Shown: positions 1-10,776 of the stretch, piece by piece | Position numbering within the stretch: the first letter of the stretch is position 1 | Layout of the letters: every line of letters starts with the position of its first letter | Assembly (NCBI RefSeq): GCF_002105155.1 | Contig: NW_019029014.1 | Coordinates: 248,001-312,000, forward strand | DNA length: 64,000 nucleotides | Direction of reading: 5' to 3' | From: Lobosporangium transversale | Lineage: Eukaryota | The notes under the pieces: generated by a model | Databases searched by the model: none | What the model saw: only the letters and a program-made list of their open reading frames with translations | Told to the model about the DNA's origin: nothing | Made by a program: the position numbers and the translations under genes

Positions 1-117
1 TGGTATTTCCGACACCATCACTACTTTGTGCTTTATTGCTTAAATTTGTATCCGAGGATATATATATATATGTATATATAAAAAAAAAAAAGAAAAAAAA
101 AAATTACCCTTACTCAT

Positions 118-2523
118 CTACTCGTCCGCATCTTGGTGGCAGCCTTCGTCATTCCCGGTGTCTTTCAGAAGCTCTAGTCGAATGGAATTGATTGTCCGAC
201 CCTTGTACTGAGCTGTCAGTGCGTCTACTACCTCTTCGAAGTCTCGCTTCTGTTTTTCGGCAATATTCTTTATCAGATCGAAAATTTGACGCCTGCGCCT
301 GAATGCCTTGTGACGCGCCTCTGTGAATGGCCATTTGTGATTTTCCTGCTTTGCCTGAGCAACGGGCCCACGGAATTCATCCCATGCTTCCCTGACCGTC
401 AATTGCTTGCCATCGCCTTTCATGAGGTAGCCTTTATACCTTTCATCTTCCGGCAATCGTTGTGTCTGCTCTGAGGTCATTGGAGCCTGCACATGGCTAT
501 GTTGATATGGCTGTTGCTGAGGACATGGTGGCAATTGGTTGGAAAATAATGGCTGCTGTTGCGGTGGAGCGGCCTGGCGAGCTTGATATAGACCCTGCGT
601 AGTAGGAGCCTGAGGAACCGAAGGAAAAGAAGCTAGGCGGCTCTGTGCTGGCGCCAATGGAGAAGGATTAAACACAAAGGGCGGGCAAGACTGCACATGA
701 TATGGAAAAGGCTGCCGCACATTTGCGCTTTGTTGCTGCTGCAGCGATTGGAGAAGTAAGTGGATTTGCTCCTGTTGCTGCCTCTGTTGCTCCTGTTGCT
801 CTGTCACAAGGGTGGATAGGGCCTCGAGCTTCTGGACCGTCTCATGCTGGAGTTGATGAAAGACCCGCGCCTCTACCGACAACGTGTTAATGGCGCTTAC
901 CATAGTTTGCGCATTAACTGGCACATCCGCTTGGATGATGCCTGCTTGTCGGCGATGTACGTCGATGGCCCGAAGCAATTGATGTTGGAAATCCAGAAAG
1001 AGCTGGCAACCAAAGATTTCTGGTAACGACTCGAGGAGTTTGTTCTCCAACATTTTCCCCTTGTCATTCGGCTTCAAAAAGAGCACTGCATCCTGAAGGA
1101 TTACTCGCCTCATACGCACAAGAAGTTTGAGGAACCCAATGCGTGTAACAAGGGAGTCAGTGCTGAAGGCACGGGTCAATCGTTTCGAGCTCGTCTTCTT
1201 CTCGATTGGCGTCCAAAAAATGTCTTCGTCTGTCGGGACATTTGGATCGACCCCCAGCATTTCTTTGGCGCACTCCTCTCTCCAGGAGTCAGCTCTCTCC
1301 GGCATATCTTTATCAAAATTTTCCTCAATCCAAGGAAAGACCAGACGCTGGAGCTCTAAGGGCGGGGTGACCAAATCACGCTCGATAAAGTAAGGCTCAT
1401 TCGGTCCAAACTGAGCCATACAAAAAGCGCCCCTGGTTGGGTTTTTTGGAGCATAGAAGTTCTCCATTTGCCCCATGACCCACCTTCCCAAGTGGCGAAT
1501 ATCGTCCAGGCTTAAGCCCCTTTCGTAGGCTTCCGAGACCCCTGCATGTCGGCCAGAGTGCGTAATTTTGGCCGAATGCACGTCGCAGGCACGCATTACA
1601 GCCGCCGTAGTGCTCATTTGGGTTCGGCCAACAAGCGCTTCCTTTCGGTTCTCTAACCGTTCTTGGCTTGTGCCACCCCCTGTTAGCACCTTGATGCTGT
1701 ACCACTCGTCAGGGTCCGCAAAATTGGGAAGAGGCTCCTTGAACACCTACAATAGGGAAAAAAAAAAAATAAAAAAAAAAATAAGGATATATGTCACTTC
1801 GTGTAATTGAATGAGAAAAAATCATACGCTCGCGTCAAGACTGACGGCATCATTTACCTGGAACCGTTCTAGCATATAAAATGCAAACCCGCCCACGGTG
1901 CACCTTAAGAACAGCTTATGTCGATAAGCTGTCGCATAGAGTTCGACACCTTTATGGTTTGTCTTTCCACGTGTGATGCAGAAGACAAGCCCCGACGCCA
2001 GCTTTGACCCTGGCGCGGGGTGACGGGTCTGAATATTGAATGTGTTAGCCAGGTTCAAGTTTCGGATGTCCTCATCCCGCAGCAACATATGATGGCGTGC
2101 AAGGAGGCATAGCCTCTCCCTCATATACTGAAATCTTGTAACACTGTCGTAAGGTCGCCTGCCGCTTACTCCAACCGTCGGAAGCATGCGCCATGTAAAG
2201 GCCAACATACGCAGGTACATTTTAGTGTTGTACGGTTCTCGTACGGCACAGGTGGCAGTGCGGGATAAGGTGCCTGTCGTTACTTTGTGATGGACAAGTT
2301 TCTCTCCATAATTTTTGATCGCCTCCGCTAGTGGTACATCCGTTCTTGGGTTTGGGGCGGGATTGGGATACGGAGCTGTCGAAGAAGACTGTTGCCTCCA
2401 TAAGTATTGCAAAGCCTTCTTAACATTTGCGACTGTCCCCAGCGTGAGAGGAACAAAGACAATTTTGCTGCCATGTTTGTCCTCTGGTGCTTGCAGGATA
2501 ACTACAAACGCAAAAGTATATCC

Positions 2524-2556
<33 letters not shown>

Positions 2557-3966
2557 TTGTATAATAAAAAGTATCAACCATTAGTGTAAATTGTAACAAT
2601 CAAAGATACATTAAGGTGGATGCAGGATTAAGGAATGGTTTATTAAGTCATAATTTAGTAGGCTATTTATATTGATAATTAACACTGAGTTGCGGCCATG
2701 GTGTCTTGTCACCTGGGGTACGCGTGATGGCGGAGCCTTCCCAAAGGTTTGGATCCCAGTACTGTATAACAATTTATATATTAATACATGGTTATCTTTA
2801 CATACCTTGTTCTCTTTCATTTTCAGTCCTGATAACGGCTGCAGTCTTCCGCTTCGGCGTGATGTTCTTGCTTGAACCCCCAACAGTTACAGCTTCATGT
2901 GATGCTCGCTCCTCATCATTCAATGCTATATCAATCTGCCATTGATGTGGGTCGACTCCTTCAGGTGGCTCCATATTATCCCAGGAGGGAGGAGCCTTCT
3001 TACCTCTCTGTGCCAATGACCTCAGCTGAAGCTCCAGATCTTCATCCTGTTCCTGTTCCTGTCCTTGTTCCTGTCCCTGCCCCTGACCCTGTCTCCGTTC
3101 CTGATCCTGTTCCTGACCCTGTCCCTGACCCTGTCCCTGTTGTTGACCTTGGTCTATGCTTTGGCCGTCGTCGTCATCAACTTGCTCGCTGTTATCTAAT
3201 GTCTCCAGTCTCTGCTCCATGTCGCTTAGTTCATGTTCGTCGATATCTGCCTCGACTAATTCGTCGATCTCTTCTCCCTCATAGACTGCGTCTTCCCCAG
3301 CCTGAGAATTCGAAGAATCTCCTACACCCTGCTGGGCATACCCAATAGCGCCACGGTAGCAACGATCTGTGCCGATCAATCGCTTTACTGTTCGCTTGAA
3401 GACAACCGTTGTGAAGTATTCAAGCATGCGTTTCGCATCGACGCTACAGTCACCTTGATAATTTTCATTGCAGTATTGCTAAAAACAAAAAAGAGAATTA
3501 GCCAAGTCGTCTAGTTTGATAGCCTGTCTGAGATAGCTCATAGCGACATTTTGATGATCCAACATACCTCCCACAGCCGGAGCTGTGTCTTATATTGATT
3601 CACTGTCGTCGATGAATCTGGATCATCTAAAATCATCTGCAGCACACTTCTCGCCGACTCCTTCCGTGCGTTCGCCAGGGCCAGCTCTTCTTCTGTCAAT
3701 GGACCGGAGTGAAGGACATTTGAGGATAAAGAATCAGCCTCACAACGCCTAGGGCGCTTAAAAGACTTTGCACTAACTCTAGCAGTCTGTGCCACTGGTG
3801 AAGGCTCTGGAGTCGTTTCGTCAGTCAGAATAACTCTTTTTCTCCTCGGTGCTGCACGAGTGGATCCAGTGCGAGTACTTGACTTGGTTGGCTTCGTCTG
3901 ACTGGTGCTTTGTTCCAAATCCATGCAGGTGAAATTGGATAAAATCTTTTCGTTGTTGTTTGTCAT
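118..3966 (-). mobile_element. Crypton-type (CryptonF/Ndc10-like) tyrosine recombinase gene with C-terminal GCR1_C-like domain, multi-exon
   Basis: Spliced model ~3966-3568, 3478-2806, (possible 2761-2713/2686), 2501-1858, 1746-118 with GT-AG introns. Tyrosine-recombinase motifs HHMLLRDED (R), TRGKTN (K), THSGRHAG (HxxR), LGRW, MENFY (Y). C-terminal TVREAWDEF...KW...FRRRRQI resembles GCR1_C. Element ends not identified. Confidence 0.8.
3040..3150 (-). repeat. Hexamer-based coding repeat (GQGQGQ/EQDQE) inside the Crypton gene
   Basis: Tandem CCTGTC/CCTGAC/CCTGTT units on the + strand. Confidence 0.85.
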
Positions 3967-4674
3967 TTTGAAAGTGAGCAAGCAGGAATGAACCTTTGAA
4001 AATGCGAATGTGCCGTTATTTTTCTCAGTTTTAGTCAGGGGAGAGGGTAGGTCTACTCTGTGTATTGTAGGTTTTATTGTTTTATTGTGTAAATGAATGT
4101 ATGGAGGAATGAAGGCGTGAAATAAAGAAGAAAGAAAGAGATCTTTAGCATGCCATGATGACATTGTTAAAATTTCGATGGATTTGATGTCAATTCAAAT
4201 TTCAGGACAAGTGTCGGAGTAAAAGCCACAAAACGGACACATGTCTTGTACGTACAGACATGAAACATAATACCCTTAAATGGAAAAAGGACTGGATTTG
4301 GCATCATAATCCATTATAGATTAATTCATAGTTTTTTGCCACCAATTAGTGTCCTTCTGTCACGTGGCATTTTTTTTCTTTTTTTTCACTTTTGGCGTTG
4401 CGTTTTAAAGAGAGACAGACAGAGGCTGTGTGGAGGAGACGAGAATGTGATTCATCTTCATCACTTCCTTTGGCTCTCATCCTTCCTTCCTTTCTTTCTT
4501 TTCCTCTTTCCCTCCTTCTTTCTTTCTTTATTTCTTTCTTTTCTTTCTTTTCTTCTTTCCTTCTTTGCTTTGCATCTGTCTTTTGCCCCTTCCTCCTCCT
4601 CTTCTTCCTCTTCCTCCTCCTCTTCTTCCTCCTCTTTTTCCCTTTACGTTTACACATATTACAATCTAATAATC

Positions 4675-4874
4675 ATGACTGAGGCCCCTCCTATGCATCC
4701 GGCTGAGCCTGTCAGCAAGGACGTCACTGCAAAGGACATTGCTAACCTCTACTCCCGTATTCACAATCTCATCGAGACCGTCAAGGAACCTCAGCAGAGG
4801 GCCTCTGCTGCCCTCAAGGAACCTACGCCCGTAGACCCCACCGCTGCCCCTGCAGCCAATGGTTCAGGTACAAC

Positions 4875-4914
<40 letters not shown>

Positions 4915-7166
4915 CAAATTTATTTATTTATTTATTGGGTTCCATGTGTACCACAAAATGAACATCAAGCATGAATATGAATATGGATAAAAAACAAAAA
5001 AAAGGTTATCCAACGCGCCTAAAATTGAGTAGAAAAAAAAAAAAAAAAAAAAAAGTTGATGGTTTTTTACATGGGAAAAAGGAACAAGGAGCATGAACAT
5101 GAACATGACCATGACCATGACCATGACCATGAGGGACAGCCAATTACAGTCTGTAATAGAGTTTTCTACTCGGTGCCTGATTTGCTTGGCTTGTGACAAT
5201 TCATCCATTCTTGATCACAAAGAATCCCAAAGCCTACACCCAAACACCCGAGAGCACAAAGTAAAAAAGAAGATAGAGTCAACCTACACTTTGTGGACAC
5301 TTTTCCATTTTTTTTGCTGACTGTGCAAGAAAAAAAAAAAAAAAGAAAAGAAAAAGAAAAAAAGTTCATTCTGATGGCAATAAAGACCTTTTTTCATATA
5401 CCAATCCTCTAAAAGTCCCCATCTTTTGTGCCCATTGTGGATGATCAATGAATTAACATCTTGTCTTCCATCTCTCTATTGATTTCTCAACAGTAAAGGA
5501 TGATGCACCAGCTACTACAACTGCTACTGCTGCTGCTACTACGACTCCTACCACCGTTACTACTACAACAACAAAGGACCTGGATGAGACCATTTTAATC
5601 GATGGAGAGTGTCCCTGTCACAGAGTTTGCTCCAACCTCGCTTCACGTGCATGTGGTCTCTGTGAACGCATCATCCCTGCTGTTGCTGAAGCACATAACG
5701 AACGCACCCTTCTCCTGGAAGAACTGGAGCAAACAAACGCTCGTCTGGCAGAGGAACAGAAGCGCGCCTCCGCCGAATCAATCGAGGCAGAGGTTTTGCG
5801 TAAAAAAGTCGAGGATCTCGAAGATGCGCTGGACGCAAAAACGGATGACTACCTCAGCGCTCAACGTGATCTGGCCATCCTGAACGACAAGTATGTGGAC
5901 GAGATCGAAAAGGTTGCAGAGCTGCAACATGCCAAGGAAATGGTCGAGGGAGAGCTCGAGGAACTGAGTCGTACCCTGTTCGAAGAAGCAAACGGCATGG
6001 TCGCTTCAGAGGCCAGGGCCAGACATCAACTCGAATTGACCCGCAAGCATCTCGAGCTGGAGCTCAAGGACGCTCAGGAGCGCCTCGCTGCAGAGACATC
6101 CCAGCTCAAGGAACTCAAGACAAAGATGGAGCAAATGATCGATACTCAACCCCAAAGCAAACGGTCCTCCACCGACCCTGCTCACCAGAGCAATGTCGAT
6201 CTTGGCCAACTCTTCGGACTCAACAAAATCTCTGTGCCCGAAGCCGAAGCAGAGGAGCCCGCCACAACAATCGCCATCGACGGACATTTGATGCACGAGT
6301 TCAAAGAGTTTGTGGCCCAGAGCTCGACTGTCCGTCTCGCAAAGATCCACAGCCTGCCCTTCATGCGCCATTGCCAGGACGAAGATGTGGAACCCTGTTT
6401 GCGCTTTGGTTCCAACCCTAGAATCTCGGCCAGGAAACTCACAGAGGGTATCTGCTCCAATACCTGTTACATCGAAGAGGCTACTCCAGAGCAGGTCAGG
6501 GAGTATGAACGCATGGTCCTTGCTGCCCAGCAGCCTCCCTCGCCCGCCCGTGGCCCCGCCACCAACAAGAACATGCTCTGGGAGAGACTCCAGACCCAGT
6601 ATGCACTGTACCAGGCACCAAAAGGTGGCTGCCAGACCTGCGGTCGATCCGGTCCACTAACACATCGCTACCGTCTCGCCACATCGGACGAATGGAACTT
6701 CATTGATCGTTTCTGCCGTGATCGCATCGTCGCTGCCTGTGAATTCTACATCTTTATCCGTAATATCCGCGCTGGTCTGTACTCCACACGCACAATCGAG
6801 GATCTCTATTCAGAGAGTCTGCGTCTCCGTCTTCAAATGTTCTATGCACGTGCCGGAGTCTTGCCAATCATGCTCTCAGAGCTCGGGGTATCCTCGCAGT
6901 CAATCGGCAATATGGGACCCTCGGGTGAGTGGCCTGCGGAGGAGGACGTACATGGTGCGAACGATACACATGATCCGAATGATGTACCATCATCCAAAAC
7001 CTCGCTGGAAAAAAGAGAAATCACTGCAGTAGAGACTGAAGAATCAAAGATGACTGTCGAGACTGCAATTGCTGCTGTAAGCGTCACCGCGACCACAACC
7101 TTGGCATCGGCTGGACCCGAGTCAACTAATCCATGGACCTCAGACGACAAGACAGCTACGGCCTAA
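4675..7166 (+). CDS. SEC2: Sec2-like Rab guanine nucleotide exchange factor
   Basis: Exons 4675-4867 and 5494-7166 join in phase; Sec2p coiled-coil motif VEGELEELSRTLFEEANGMVA; C-terminal CQTC...CRDRIVAACEFY region. Confidence 0.85.
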
Positions 7167-7383
7167 CTTGTGTTTTTTTATGGAGACATCTCAAAATGAT
7201 ATTCCATTAAATCAATAAAATTATATACACACACACCCAACCCCCTTGTTGCCCAATCATTTTTATGAAGTCCATCCTCCCCTTCGTTCCACATGTCATC
7301 ATCCCATTCATTATAAACAAAAAAAAAAAAAAGAAAAACCTTTACTCATCTTTATTCCACTGCCTCTCTGTCCAATTATAAAG

Positions 7384-8673
7384 ATGAATCGGAAAGAACA
7401 CATTGACGTGGTACTCCCTATCACTTGCAACAACAACCACTTGCTCACAACATTTTATTTCTCTAGCAATCTTGATGCCATCAAAAGTTGGACGGTGACG
7501 TTGTATGGGGATGACAATTCAATTGACATCAAAGTTTACTTTGTAGCAAGAGAGAACTGTGGATGTGCCATAAGGAACAGCAACTTGTTTATCGAGTTTA
7601 GAAATACAACCAACATATACATTGCTCCACACCAGGGAAAAAAGCCTATATTTTTCAAGGATACTGAGAAACAACTGTGGGAGTGGTATTTCTTAAAAGG
7701 TAAGCGCATGGAATGCAAAAACCAAATAATAAAGATGTCGATATTTCCTATATTCACTCTTTATCTCTTTATCTCTTTTTGGACTACAGCTAAAATCTCC
7801 AGAAAGGATGTCCTAATGGATGGTCAACTCTGCTTTGATATTGTGATTACAACGCGTCCTGAGACGGAGGTGGTAGACCAGCCCTCGTCAACCTCGTCAA
7901 CCTTGTCGATATCAAAATACCAAAAGATCATGCTGACTCTGCTCAAAGATGTAAATTCAGTTGATCTTTGCTTCGTCTTCAAGACTGACAAAACTTGCTC
8001 CAATGTAGCGCTTTGGGCCCACAGCTCTATCCTATCCAGATACCCGACATTTGACAGCATCATTCAAGAGGCCATAGGTTTAAACAGTTTATTCTTACAC
8101 TCCGATGACGAAAAAGGCAATGACACCAGTCCTAATTCGCATCTGACTGCTCGAGAGTATGGTGATGTCCTAGTTCAGCCTGTGTCCGAGACATCAATGG
8201 CTACAATGTGTTCTTTGCTCCTGTACATATACACGGATGAAATAAACCTCTCTATTGATACCAAGAGACATGCCATCAGCAGAACAGAGAGCACGCTGAC
8301 CGTGGTGGATATGATGGGCCAGGGCAAGCGATCAATGGCATGGCATCCTTTGGACTCGGATTCACAATACAAGTTCAAGGATGTCACTTGGGCAGAACTT
8401 CTTATAGCAGCAGAGAAGTATGGAGTCACTGATCTGCAGTCCCATTGTGAGAAAAAAGTGATTGCAACTATCAAGAATTCCAATGCAATCGAGGTCCTGT
8501 TCAATCTCGGGACGCGTTTCAAAACGATCAAAACAGCAGCACTTGGCCATATTGTGGGCAACATGACGGTCCTGTTCTCCGAAGGTCGTGATCCCTTTGC
8601 ACCATATGTTCACCATCCAGATTGTCATACGCTATTGATCGAGGTGCTGCAAAACAAGGCAAAAAAAGGATAG
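7384..8673 (+). CDS. BTB/POZ domain protein (paralog 1)
   Basis: DLCFVF...WAHSSILSRY...LLYIYTDEI...AAEKYGVTDLQSHC; probable in-frame 90-nt intron 7700-7789 (GTAAGC...TACAG). Confidence 0.85.
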   Translation: MNRKEHIDVVLPITCNNNHLLTTFYFSSNLDAIKSWTVTLYGDDNSIDIKVYFVARENCGCAIRNSNLFIEFRNTTNIYIAPHQGKKPIFFKDTEKQLWEWYFLKGKRMECKNQIIKMSIFPIFTLYLFISFWTTAKISRKDVLMDGQLCFDIVITTRPETEVVDQPSSTSSTLSISKYQKIMLTLLKDVNSVDLCFVFKTDKTCSNVALWAHSSILSRYPTFDSIIQEAIGLNSLFLHSDDEKGNDTSPNSHLTAREYGDVLVQPVSETSMATMCSLLLYIYTDEINLSIDTKRHAISRTESTLTVVDMMGQGKRSMAWHPLDSDSQYKFKDVTWAELLIAAEKYGVTDLQSHCEKKVIATIKNSNAIEVLFNLGTRFKTIKTAALGHIVGNMTVLFSEGRDPFAPYVHHPDCHTLLIEVLQNKAKKG

Positions 8674-8959
8674 CGTCCCCGTGCGTTGAATGAAACAATT
8701 GTGGAAATCATGCATCCCGTGTGTTGGAATATAAAAAATAAAAAATAAAAATTACACAGTTTATCCTGACCTTCGTTGAACGGAGTATTTAACCCATCAT
8801 CTTTTTTGTTCTCACAGCTCTTTACATCTTTTAGTTTGTTCAACTGCTCAATACAAAGAACACTCCATCATCCTTGCTTTTCTTTTTTAAAAGCTTTTTT
8901 CCTTGCCTTACCGGCTATCTCTCTTCTGTAGCCTTTAACATCAAAAGGGCATTATTGAA

Positions 8960-10231
8960 ATGAACACCGGCACTGCTACCGGTAGTAATGAAGTAAGAGT
9001 CAACATTAAGGCTCCCCCTCTTGCTGATCCGCCCGACAATGTCTCCACAGTTTACGATGCTTCGAGATTTACTGTGACCCTGAGACGACAAGGCGGTACC
9101 CTCGCTGTTAGTATTATCTCCAACTCCAACGAATGGGATGGTAATACAACTTATGTGCACAAGTATATGCATCTGGTGCCATTCGCAAACCCATGTGGGT
9201 ACACGACTATTGCTTCTAAAACTGAGCTTATAAATTCAGCAGAGTCTGCGACAGGTAACACAGTAAAAGGAGAAAAAAAATATCTATATATTTCTGGGGA
9301 TTAAAAAAAAAAAGGGACGTATAGTAAATGTTAGAAATGCTGCTTTGGAATATCCATAGGCACGATTGATATCACCAAGGTACTGCACGACGGCATGTAT
9401 CGCTTTGACATCGTCTTTTCTACCGACCCAAAGCCGCTTATGCCGTTGAAAATTAGGTGCAAGGCTCATGACATGATGCTCACCTTCATGAAGGATAATG
9501 AGTCCGCTAATGTCTGCTTCGTCTTTGAAACAGACAAGAATTTCACTAAAGTTGGTCTGATGGCTCATCGTGCAGTCCTTATCAAGTACAGCAAGTTTGC
9601 TGAGCTCCTCCAATCTGTTGCTGCCAAGGATACAGCTCCCCCAAATGTTGTTCCTCCTGCTTCTGCTCCTTCTGCTCCTGGGGCCGCTATCAGCGTTATT
9701 CGCGAAGATGGCGGTTACAGAGCGTTGATGACAATCTCAATGACTGAATGCTCGTTGGCCGCATTTTCAGCCATAGTGCGGTATATCTATACAGGCGACG
9801 TCCAGCTTTCGGTCGATTTGAGCAGTCATGCTATGTGCATAAGCAAGGTAGTGGAGGGTCAGCATGGTCTCAAGTCCCTACCCCCTGGATCCCTTTGCTG
9901 GAGCCCTTTGGATACAGGCTCGCCTTGGAAGCTGAAAGATGTGACGTGGGAGGAGCTGATGCTGGCGGCCAATCTTTACGGTATCACTGACCTTCAAGCG
10001 CAGTGTGAACAGGCCGTTATTAAGCGTACCAAAGCGTCCGATGCTGTTAAAACCTTGTTTGAATTTGGTTCCTCCTCTGATGGGGTGAGGGAAGCAATGT
10101 TGACGATGATTGCGGATAATATGGATACACTCATCAAGGATAAGAAAGACCCTTTTGAACTCTTCAAGACCCATCCAAGCTGTCATGATTTCATCATGGA
10201 AGTCATGCGTCGCAGAGTCGCGAGAGCATAA
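8960..10231 (+). CDS. BTB/POZ domain protein (paralog 2)
   Basis: Exons 8960-9254 and 9360-10231; NVCFVF...AHRAVLIKY...VRYIYTGDV...AANLYGITDLQAQC; clearly related to paralog 1. Confidence 0.85.
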
Positions 10232-10776
10232 GTTTGCTCTCTTTATATTATACACCTTCAGACGACTGACTGGATTTTAATAACGTGAAAATTAAAGTTA
10301 AAACCAATCAAAAATTAATATTTTCGATGAACGTCCAGAAAAAACTCTTAACGTCCACAAGAACATGCACACGCTTGTGATTTTTTTTTTTTTTTTTTTT
10401 TTTTTATTTTATTTTATTTTTTTTTTTGTACTTTTCTGGTTTGATAGCTTTCTAGGTTTTGTGGGTTTTTGAGAGAGGGCTTTTTTTTTTTTGGTATTTA
10501 ATAATGGTCATTCACTTGACAACACATACTGGATCTGATCCAGAATGCTCAAACAACTCATCACTACCGCTTCCGCCTTTTGAACAGTATACAGCACATA
10601 CTAAAAATGAATGATTGAGCAAACTACAGAGGTGCCCATTGAGAGGAAAAAAAAATAAAGTAAAATAAAAAAGATAAGGGTTTATTGGTGTATCAGCTAT
10701 AAAGCTATTAGTGAGTAAGTTTTAAGCGATCTTTTTTTTTTTTTTTGTTTGTTTGTTTGTTTGTTTGTTTTGGCTG

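Noticed and set aside
2872..3348. 158-aa plus-strand ORF with PVPDPV repeats
   Set aside because: Antisense shadow of the GQ/EQ coding repeat in the Crypton gene
4336..4682. ORFs rich in F/L/S or K/R/E upstream of SEC2
   Set aside because: They are translations of a pyrimidine-rich 5' UTR/promoter tract, not real proteins
5093..5130. (ATGACC)n giving an MTMTMT ORF
   Set aside because: Simple repeat inside the SEC2 intron
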